From an uncultured Clostridia bacterium (lineage in GTDB: Bacteria > Bacillota > Clostridia > Christensenellales > UBA1242), in contig CALWEZ010000029.1 in NCBI GenBank assembly GCA_944377455.1, positions 1,907-65,906 on the forward strand: DNA of 64,000 nt, given 5' to 3'. The notes under the pieces were generated by a model. That model ran no database searches, was not told where the DNA came from, and saw only the letters and a program-made list of their open reading frames with translations. Position numbers and translations under genes: made by a program. Position 1 is the stretch's first letter. Each line of letters starts with the position of its first letter. Shown here piece after piece: positions 9,164 through 16,443 of the stretch.

Positions 9164-9754
9164 ATGAAAATCATGAGTGCTAAATATTTGACAAGTGTTG
9201 TCAGTGAAGAGAAGATTTTAAATGATGATGTGGTGGAGTTTGCCTTTGTTGGAAGAAGCAATGTGGGTAAGTCATCTTTTATCAATGCGCTCACAGGGGT
9301 AAAGAATTTGGCAAAGACCTCTTCAACGCCGGGGCTGACAAAGATGATAAACTACTTTTTGATAAACAATAGTTTTCGCTTTGTTGACCTTCCAGGCTAT
9401 GGCTACGCAAAGACAGGGCAAAAGCACCTTGCAAACTGGGCGCATCTTATGGAAAAATATCTCATCTCTTCCACTTCGCTTAAAACGGTGTTTGTTTTGG
9501 TGGACAGCAGGCATGAGCCATCCGAACTTGACAAAATGATGATAGAATTTTTGATGCACTATCAAATTCCGTTTATGGTGATTGCCACAAAGGTGGATAA
9601 ACTTGCCAAAAGCAAAATACCGCAAAGTCTTTCAAAGATTGCCAAAACCTTAAACATCCGCCGAGAAATCATTTTGCCATTTTCAAGCATCACAATGTTT
9701 GGTAAGGACAAGATTTTAGAATACGTGGAAACAGTGATAGGAAGCGAAGGCTAA
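9164..9754 (+). CDS. engB: ribosome biogenesis GTP-binding protein YsxC/EngB
   Basis: 196 aa with G1 GRSNVGKSS, G3 DLPGYG and G4 TKVDK. Length and motif order fit EngB. Confidence 0.9.
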   Translation: MKIMSAKYLTSVVSEEKILNDDVVEFAFVGRSNVGKSSFINALTGVKNLAKTSSTPGLTKMINYFLINNSFRFVDLPGYGYAKTGQKHLANWAHLMEKYLISSTSLKTVFVLVDSRHEPSELDKMMIEFLMHYQIPFMVIATKVDKLAKSKIPQSLSKIAKTLNIRREIILPFSSITMFGKDKILEYVETVIGSEG

Positions 9755-9756
9755 AA

Positions 9757-9910
9757 AGTGAAGAGTGATGGGTAAACGCAAGCATTTGAGTGAAGAGTGA
9801 AAAGTGAAGGGAAGTCTTGCGACTTCCAGTGAAGAGTTGTGGAAGAGCAAAAATCAAAGATTTTTGAAATAAAAAATAAGAAAGAAAAAATAAAAGTTAT
9901 GGAAAATTTT
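9757..9910 (+). repeat. dispersed intergenic repeat, copy A (GTGAAGAG-rich arm, GC hairpin 9810-9827, AT hairpin, A-rich tail)
   Basis: Aligns along about 150 nt with 34487-34649. The 3' 80 nt are near-identical (TTGTGGAAGAGCAAAAATCAAAGATTTTTGAAATAAAAAATAAGAAAGAAAAAATAA...). It begins 3 nt after the engB stop. Confidence 0.85.
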
Positions 9911-10020
9911 ATATAATATATAATATGATAATAAGTTAAAATTTTAATTATTTCTATAATTTAAATTTTCTTTATAAAAATTTGTTTGTAATTTGAATAT
10001 ATTTCTAAAATTTTACCTCA

Positions 10021-10067
10021 GTTCTTCACTGGAAGCCACCGGCTTCCCTTCACTTTTCACTCTTCGT
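10021..10067 (-). repeat. inverted partial copy of the same repeat (hairpin 10031-10047)
   Basis: The reverse complement CGAAGAGTGAAAAGTGAAGGGAAGCCGGTGGCTTCCAGTGAAGAAC matches 9792-9836 except in the hairpin loop and inner stem. Confidence 0.85.
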
Positions 10068-10101
10068 TCCGTAGGTTTGTCCGCTTTTTCAAAAATAGGT
10101 C

Positions 10102-10129
10102 TTGACAAAAATTTTAGATATGATATAAT
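10102..10129 (+). promoter_or_regulatory. sigma-A-type promoter TTGACA-16-TGaTATAAT
   Basis: TTGACA at 10102-10107 and TGATATAAT at 10121-10129, about 25 nt upstream of the SD/ATG of the 10154 gene. Confidence 0.6.
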
Positions 10130-10153
10130 ATGCCTAACAAAAAGGAGAAAATT

Positions 10154-10996
10154 ATGGAAATTGTTACACTTGAGAATGGAGCAGTAAAGTGTGTGGTAGA
10201 CAGCATGAAAGATATTATTGACCTTTTCAATTCAGGTAAGTCGAGAGAGATAACTCAACTTGATTTAAGTAAGATAGGAAAAGTGTTTAATCGTTTTAAT
10301 TTATCAGGTGGTGAAAATTATTTTAGCAAAAGGCGTTTTCCAAAATTGGATTATATTAATTATGACAATCCTTCTGGAATAATATCCGAGTATGCGTTTG
10401 AAAGGTCTGGGGTTAAAAAGGCAGATATAAATTGTGTTAAATTAGGTAAATACGCTTTTAATAATTCTTTATGGTTAGAAGAAATTGATATTAAAGATAC
10501 ATGTATAGTTAATATAAGTGGGTTAAATTCTACAAAAGTAAGTAAAATTGGAATATCGCCAGAAACAAAAAGTCTATACATACCCAAGGATGCAGTTCGC
10601 GTTGTTTTTAAAGAATACGATGCTCAAGGTTTGCCAATATCTAATTTAGAAGATGTAGACATGGGCGACCCTTCGGTGTATTTAGAAAAATATGGTTTTG
10701 ATAATTTTAAATATTTTCTTCTATATAACCCGCAACTATTTTTAGATTGCAAGCATGATTTTACGCAAAGTGAAGCGAAAGAAGTAAAAAGGATGACAGA
10801 TGAATGTTTTAGAAGAAAATTACAAGAATTAGAATCTATTGCAGAAAATTATCCAATGGAAGCAGACAAGATGGCAAAATCTCAAATTGAATTATATAAA
10901 AAAGTGAAAGAGAAAATAAAAGAATATTCTGCTAACGGAACGCATGTTCAACAGTTTAAAAACATGCTTACAGAGGAAGATAACTTAAAATCATAA
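10154..10996 (+). CDS. hypothetical protein with a short BspA-type leucine-rich-repeat-like stretch
   Basis: Start moved to ATG 10154 (SD AAGGAG at 10142-10147), because the track start at 10130 overlaps the -10 box. The stretch YAFERSGVKKADINCVKLGKYAFNNSLWLEEIDI resembles LRR_5-type repeats. Confidence 0.5.
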   Translation: MEIVTLENGAVKCVVDSMKDIIDLFNSGKSREITQLDLSKIGKVFNRFNLSGGENYFSKRRFPKLDYINYDNPSGIISEYAFERSGVKKADINCVKLGKYAFNNSLWLEEIDIKDTCIVNISGLNSTKVSKIGISPETKSLYIPKDAVRVVFKEYDAQGLPISNLEDVDMGDPSVYLEKYGFDNFKYFLLYNPQLFLDCKHDFTQSEAKEVKRMTDECFRRKLQELESIAENYPMEADKMAKSQIELYKKVKEKIKEYSANGTHVQQFKNMLTEEDNLKS

Positions 10997-11090
10997 AAAA
11001 TTACATTAAAAATATTTATTTAATATATTAAAAAATTATTATTTCCTATTATATAGGGATGAAAAATTGTTTTGAAATAAAAAATTTGAA

Positions 11091-11130
11091 AAATATAGCG
11101 AATTTATTTGCCTTTTCGCTATATTTTTTT
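11091..11130 (+). terminator. intrinsic terminator after the 10154 gene
   Basis: 12-bp stem AAATATAGCGAA (11091-11102) / TTCGCTATATTT (11115-11126), followed by a T-run. Confidence 0.65.
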
Positions 11131-11163
11131 GTATAATAAATCCGTAACTAAAAAGGAGATTTT

Positions 11164-13791
11164 ATGAAGAAGTATGTTTATCTTTTTAAAGAAGCAAAAG
11201 GTGGCAACAAAGCGCTTTTTGGCGGAAAGGGTGCTAACCTTGCTGAAATGACAAGAATCGGCTTGCCTGTTCCACAGGGCTTTACCATCACAACCGAAGC
11301 TTGCACAAAATATTATGAAGATGGTAAGAAAATCAACGATGGCATCATGGCTCAAATCTATCAAAAACTTGCTCAAATCGAGAAGATGACAGGCAAAAAG
11401 TTTGGTGATGCAACTAATCCTCTTCTTGTTTCTGTTCGTTCAGGTGCAAGAGTTTCCATGCCTGGTATGATGGACACAATTTTGAACCTTGGTCTTAACG
11501 ATGAGGTTGTTGAGGGCTTAGCAAAACTCACAAACAATCCTCGTTTTGCTTATGACTCATATCGCAGATTCATCCAAATGTTCAGCGATGTTGTTATGCA
11601 ACAGGATAAGTCTAAATATGAAAGAATTTTAGACCAAATTAAAGAGAAGAAGGGTGTTAAATACGATAAAGATTTAACCGCTGATGACTTAAAAGAGATT
11701 GTTAAACTCTTTAAGAAACTCTATAAAGAGGGACAAAAGCAAGAATTTCCACAAGAGCCTAAGGTTCAACTTATTGAGGCAGTTAAAGCGGTGTTTAGGT
11801 CATGGGATAACGAAAGAGCAAATGTATATAGAAGAATGCATGACATTCCATACAGCTGGGGAACGGCAGTAAATGTTCAATCAATGGTGTTCGGTAACAT
11901 GGGCGAGGACTCTGGCACAGGCGTTGCTTTCACAAGAAATCCTGCAACTGGCGAGAACGCACTTTATGGCGAATATCTTATGAACGCACAGGGCGAGGAC
12001 GTTGTTGCTGGTATTAGAACACCTCAACCAATCGCTAAACTTGAAGAACAAAATCCAGAAGTTTACAAGGAATTTGTTGCTATTGCCACAAAACTTGAAG
12101 ATCACTATAAAGATATGCAAGATATGGAGTTCACAATCGAAAGAGGTAAACTCTATATGCTTCAAACAAGAAACGGCAAGAGAACAGCAAAGGCTGCGCT
12201 CAAAATTGCTGTTGACCTTGTGAAAGAAGGTAAAATCTCCGAAAAACAAGCACTTTTGATGCTTGACCCTAAACAACTTGACGCGCTTCTTCACCCAACT
12301 TTCAATACTGATGCTGTAAAGAAGGCAAAGGTTATAGGCGAGGCTCTTCCTGCTTCTCCTGGCGCTGCAAGTGGTAAGATTTGCTTTACCGCTGAAAAGG
12401 CAAAAGAGCAAGGAAAGAAGGAAAAGGTTGTGCTTGTCCGCCTTGAAACAAGCCCAGAAGATATTGAAGGTATGGCTGCAAGCCAAGGTATCTTAACCGC
12501 TCGTGGTGGTATGACCTCTCACGCTGCCGTTGTTGCTCGTGGTATGGGAACTTGCTGTGTTGCAGGTTGCTCTGCTATTAAATTCGCTGATGACGGAAAA
12601 TTTTTTGAACTTGGCGGAAAGAAATATAAGGAAGGCGATGTAATTTCTTTCGATGGTTCAACTGGTAAAATCTATGATGGTGCTATTGAAACAGAGTCTG
12701 CTAAAATCTCTGGCGAATTTGCCACAATCATGGAGTGGGCTGATAAATATAGAAAATTAAACATAAGAACAAACGCTGACAATCCTCGTGATGCTTCGGT
12801 TGCTTTCTCATTCGGCGCTGAGGGCATGGGACTATGCAGAACTGAACATATGTTCTTTGAAGCAGACAGAATTCCAGCAATGAGAGAAATGATTGTCTCT
12901 TCAACTACTGCAGAGAGAGAAAAGGCTCTTAAAAAACTCCTTCCAATGCAGAAGAAAGACTTTAAGGGAATATTCAAGGCTATGAAAGGTCGCCCAGTGA
13001 CCATTCGTTTCCTAGATCCACCTCTTCATGAGTTCTTACCACACGAAGATGACGAAATTAGAGCGCTTGCAAAAGAGATGAAGCTCACTTTTGAAAGCTT
13101 AAAGGCGACAGTTGAAAGCTTACACGAATTCAACCCTATGATGGGACATCGTGGACTTAGACTTGCTGTCACATATCCAGAAATCGCAAGAATGCAGACC
13201 GAGGCTGTTATCACCGCTGCCATCGAGGTTGAAAAGGAAGAAGGATACAAGGTTGTTCCTGAAATCATGATTCCACTTACTTGCGACAGCAAAGAATTTA
13301 AGTATGTTAAGGACATCGTAACTGACACCGCTGATAAAATTCTTGCAGAGAAGAAAGTGGAGATGCAGTATAAAGTCGGCACTATGATTGAAATTCCAAG
13401 AGCCGCAATCACCGCTGACCAAATTGCAAAATATGCGGAATTCTTCTCATTCGGAACAAATGACTTAACACAGATGACCTATGGTTTCTCTCGTGACGAT
13501 GCCGCTAAATTCTTAGATGTTTACTATGAAAAGAAGATTTTTGAAAGCGACCCATTTGCTCGTCTTGACCAAAATGGCGTTGGTAAGCTTGTAAGAATTG
13601 CCGCTGAACTTGGAAGAAGCACTCGCCCTGATATCAAACTTGGCATCTGCGGTGAGCACGGTGGTGACCCATCATCTGTTGAGTTCTGCCACAGAATTGG
13701 GCTTAACTATGTTTCTTGCTCGCCTTATCGTGTGCCAATCGCACGCCTTGCTGCAGCGCAAGCAAATATCAAATATCCAAGAAAGAAGTAA
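11164..13791 (+). CDS. ppdK: pyruvate, phosphate dikinase
   Basis: 875 aa. The N-terminus GGKGANLAEM, the phosphohistidine loop GGMTSHAAVVARGMG and the C-terminal PEP-utilising TIM-barrel motifs (FFSFGTNDLTQ, GICGE) are all present. Confidence 0.95.
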   Translation: MKKYVYLFKEAKGGNKALFGGKGANLAEMTRIGLPVPQGFTITTEACTKYYEDGKKINDGIMAQIYQKLAQIEKMTGKKFGDATNPLLVSVRSGARVSMPGMMDTILNLGLNDEVVEGLAKLTNNPRFAYDSYRRFIQMFSDVVMQQDKSKYERILDQIKEKKGVKYDKDLTADDLKEIVKLFKKLYKEGQKQEFPQEPKVQLIEAVKAVFRSWDNERANVYRRMHDIPYSWGTAVNVQSMVFGNMGEDSGTGVAFTRNPATGENALYGEYLMNAQGEDVVAGIRTPQPIAKLEEQNPEVYKEFVAIATKLEDHYKDMQDMEFTIERGKLYMLQTRNGKRTAKAALKIAVDLVKEGKISEKQALLMLDPKQLDALLHPTFNTDAVKKAKVIGEALPASPGAASGKICFTAEKAKEQGKKEKVVLVRLETSPEDIEGMAASQGILTARGGMTSHAAVVARGMGTCCVAGCSAIKFADDGKFFELGGKKYKEGDVISFDGSTGKIYDGAIETESAKISGEFATIMEWADKYRKLNIRTNADNPRDASVAFSFGAEGMGLCRTEHMFFEADRIPAMREMIVSSTTAEREKALKKLLPMQKKDFKGIFKAMKGRPVTIRFLDPPLHEFLPHEDDEIRALAKEMKLTFESLKATVESLHEFNPMMGHRGLRLAVTYPEIARMQTEAVITAAIEVEKEEGYKVVPEIMIPLTCDSKEFKYVKDIVTDTADKILAEKKVEMQYKVGTMIEIPRAAITADQIAKYAEFFSFGTNDLTQMTYGFSRDDAAKFLDVYYEKKIFESDPFARLDQNGVGKLVRIAAELGRSTRPDIKLGICGEHGGDPSSVEFCHRIGLNYVSCSPYRVPIARLAAAQANIKYPRKK

Positions 13792-13840
13792 GTAAATTTT
13801 GCATGTTTGTGATAATGCATGTTGATTAAAAATTAATAAT

Positions 13841-13882
13841 AAAAAGCCTAGACATATAGAAATATACTATCTAGGTTTTTTG
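13841..13882 (+). terminator. intrinsic terminator after ppdK
   Basis: Stem GCCTAGA (13846-13852) / TCTAGGT (13870-13876) followed by a T6 run. Confidence 0.6.
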
Positions 13883-13977
13883 TTATAAAAATATAAATTG
13901 ATTTCTTATAAATAAAACAAATTAATATGATTGTTTAATTGAAAGTTTATTTGCATAAAAAGATATATATAAATAAC

Positions 13978-14010
13978 AAAAAAAGTCGAACATTTTTGTT
14001 TGACTTTTTT
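13978..14010. terminator. bidirectional hairpin terminator downstream of the minus-strand 14049 gene
   Basis: Stem GTCGAAC (13985-13991) / GTTTGAC (13998-14004) with one G-U pair. An A7 run lies on one side and a T6 run on the other. Confidence 0.55.
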
Positions 14011-14048
14011 GTTTGAGAAAATTTTTGCAATAAGATTTTACAATTATT

Positions 14049-14573
14049 TTATCTTTTGATTTCAACATCGACTGGTCGGTGAGTGGTTGTAAATCCAAAA
14101 AGAGATAAATCGCCAAATTGCTTTAAATCTAAATCTGTTTCTAAGGTATAGTCAATTATTCCCTTTAAAACAAATGGGTTTGTTGTTAAGCATTTTACTA
14201 TTTCGTTTGTGTATTTGAAATCTGATGAATGGTTATCTTCAAGTGCTTTTATTTGTTCTCCTGATATGTTTACACCTTTTTTTGTGACATTCGTCACCAC
14301 TAATTCCTCAAAATCTTCCACAATTGGCATTATTAATTCGGTTATGCGTGTATTGTAAGCATCCTGCGCTTCATCTCCAACTAAATGTTTTCCTGGTGAA
14401 GTGCATAATCTGTAAAGAGCAAGATTATACCAAATTTCTCTTTCTTGAAGTTTGTCGGCTTTACTATCTGAAAATTTGAGCACTTTACCTGTTTCTCGGT
14501 CTATTATCTCATTGGTTTTATAGTTTATTTTATAAATTTCGTTATATGATTTTATTTCGTTATAACTTTTCAT
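14049..14573 (-). CDS. hypothetical protein (174 aa)
   Basis: Start set at ATG 14573, preceded by SD AAGGAGG. The longer track ORF from 14627 runs through the promoter. The N-terminus carries a tandem KSYNEI-KSYNEI duplication. No family recognised. Confidence 0.55.
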   Translation of the reverse strand: MKSYNEIKSYNEIYKINYKTNEIIDRETGKVLKFSDSKADKLQEREIWYNLALYRLCTSPGKHLVGDEAQDAYNTRITELIMPIVEDFEELVVTNVTKKGVNISGEQIKALEDNHSSDFKYTNEIVKCLTTNPFVLKGIIDYTLETDLDLKQFGDLSLFGFTTTHRPVDVEIKR

Positions 14574-14598
14574 ATTTTCCTCCTTGAATTTCAATCTC

Positions 14599-14627
14599 AT
14601 TATAACATCGGGGGGGGGAGTTGTCAA
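14599..14627 (-). promoter_or_regulatory. consensus sigma-A promoter TTGACA-17-TATAAT with a C9 homopolymer inside the spacer
   Basis: The minus strand reads TTGACA(14627-14622) ACTCCCCCCCCCGATGT TATAAT(14604-14599). The SD and ATG of the 14573 gene follow within 30 nt. Confidence 0.7.
14610..14618. repeat. G9/C9 homopolymer tract
   Basis: Nine consecutive G on the plus strand. This is the longest G/C run I saw in an AT-rich window. Confidence 0.95.
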
Positions 14628-14835
14628 GGGGTTTTGGAAAATATTTAGTTTGATTTGACAAAATGGGGTGTTGAGTCGTGTTATTTGTTAAAATATAGAG
14701 AAAAGCACTCTTTATATTTAAATTATTTTTACTTTCATTTTTATATTTTTAAATAATCTTACACTTTTTGATTTGTAAGATTTTTTATTTTTATAGATTT
14801 GTTTATAATTTGATATAAATTGTAAAAACTGCCTA

Positions 14836-14865
14836 TTGACAAGTGGGAGGGGAGTGTGATATAAT
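14836..14865 (+). promoter_or_regulatory. sigma-A-type promoter TTGACA-18-TGaTATAAT
   Basis: TTGACA at 14836-14841 and TGATATAAT at 14857-14865, upstream of SD GGAGG and ATG 14890. Confidence 0.6.
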
Positions 14866-14889
14866 CTAAAACGTAATTTGGAGGTAGTT

Positions 14890-16104
14890 ATGGGAACTAA
14901 TCGTATTTCGTTTGCTGATCAACCTATTCAGTATTGGGTTGATATTATATTACGAAAGGAAAGATGGTCAACTGCAAAGGATGCTGTAGATTTTGCAAGT
15001 AGAATGCATGCAGGAAGATTGAAAGTTAGCAAAGAGTGTAATTCAACAAAAGCGGTTGGATGTTTTAAAAGTTACCCAGAGTTTTTTGTTTATGAACAAA
15101 ATTTAGAATATATGCTAACCAAATTCAATCCAACATTTATGGATAGTGAAGCAAGAGTGCGAAAGGAAAATTTTAACAGACTTATTAGAAATTTATCTGA
15201 AGCGGCGCATGTAATCTATAACAAAGAGGTTATGGCAAAAATTGATAGTTCAGTTCTTGGCAAGCAGGCAGTGGTGGACAAACCAGAACACTCAGAGCAT
15301 GAGGAGGATTTGATAGAGGGGAAAAGTTATGCCAATTTGTTTGATGAACCAAAAGGTAACAAAGTGAGACAAATGAAGCGAAAATTTTATAAAAAAATCG
15401 ACCCTGTCCTTAAAGTTAAATTTGCTCACGATGAAACACCATTAGATATATTTGCTCCAAAAACTGATAAGGGATTGAAATTTTCGAAGTATTTAAAAGA
15501 TAGAGGAATAACCACAGTTGGAGATTTTGTAAGTTTAAATAAGAAGGCAGTGAACAGTATGCAAGCAAAAGCCATTAGTGACAAAGATAGTTCTCTTTCT
15601 GTTATTAGGCAAGAGGTGCTTGATTATATTAACGCTAAAATTGCTAAAGAAAATGGTGAGACTTATGTAACTGAAGCAAAAAATACTGAAAGTGAAGAAA
15701 AAACGAAAGAACCAGAAATTTATGAAAGAGTGAGAAGTTATCCTGCTGAAAATTTTGTTAAAGGCAGTGAAGAGATGAACAAAATCCATCAAGAATTTGC
15801 ATCATATTTGATAGAGTTAAGTGAACCATATATAGATGCAGGGTTGTCTGAAGAAGAAATTGAAGAACAAGTTTTAAATATAGAAAACAAAAAATTTCAC
15901 GCTATAATCGACAAAAAGCGTGCTGAATATGAAGAAGAATTAAAGAAAGTACAAGAAGAAGCGCACAAGGAAGGAGTTCGCGCTGGCATTCGTAAGATAA
16001 TTGAAGATGGAACAAACTATCATCATGACAAAAATGCATTTACGCAAACTGACTTAGAAAAAGGCGTGCATAAGCATTTTAGAGATGGTGACAGAAATCT
16101 ATAA
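14890..16104 (+). CDS. hypothetical protein (404 aa), possible helix-hairpin-helix segment, charged coiled C-terminal half
   Basis: Start at ATG 14890 after SD GGAGGT. KFSKYLKDRGITTVGDFVSLNKKAVNSMQ loosely resembles an RpoA-CTD-type HhH. The C-terminal half is rich in E and K. Confidence 0.55.
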   Translation: MGTNRISFADQPIQYWVDIILRKERWSTAKDAVDFASRMHAGRLKVSKECNSTKAVGCFKSYPEFFVYEQNLEYMLTKFNPTFMDSEARVRKENFNRLIRNLSEAAHVIYNKEVMAKIDSSVLGKQAVVDKPEHSEHEEDLIEGKSYANLFDEPKGNKVRQMKRKFYKKIDPVLKVKFAHDETPLDIFAPKTDKGLKFSKYLKDRGITTVGDFVSLNKKAVNSMQAKAISDKDSSLSVIRQEVLDYINAKIAKENGETYVTEAKNTESEEKTKEPEIYERVRSYPAENFVKGSEEMNKIHQEFASYLIELSEPYIDAGLSEEEIEEQVLNIENKKFHAIIDKKRAEYEEELKKVQEEAHKEGVRAGIRKIIEDGTNYHHDKNAFTQTDLEKGVHKHFRDGDRNL

Positions 16105-16329
16105 TCAACTATCAAACACTACATCTCCGCAGAGTACATCAAAATAGGAAAAGGTTTGCAGTTTTTCATCCACTTTAATTGTGAAAACGCTTGGATAGAC
16201 ATCGTTAATCGTGGCAGTTACGGTGTCTATCTTTTTTCGTCCGCGATTTATCGAAAGCGTCACGCTTTGACCTTTCAAACTTTTTATTTTATCTTTAATT
16301 TCATTTAAACCATATATCGCTTTTCTCAT
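16105..16329 (-). CDS. veg: Veg family protein (DUF1021)
   Basis: 74 aa. The stretch IKSLKGQSVTLSINRGRKKIDTVTATINDVYPSVFTIKV...FSYFDVLCGDV matches the conserved Veg pattern. Confidence 0.85.
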   Translation of the reverse strand: MRKAIYGLNEIKDKIKSLKGQSVTLSINRGRKKIDTVTATINDVYPSVFTIKVDEKLQTFSYFDVLCGDVVFDS

Positions 16330-16443
16330 AATATCCTCGCTATTATTTTTGACTTAAAAGAAAAATTTTAAACATTTTTGTTCTAAGTTAAACCGCTTTT
16401 CAATATATTATCATATCAAACAAGTGAGTGTTTTGGAGGTGTT

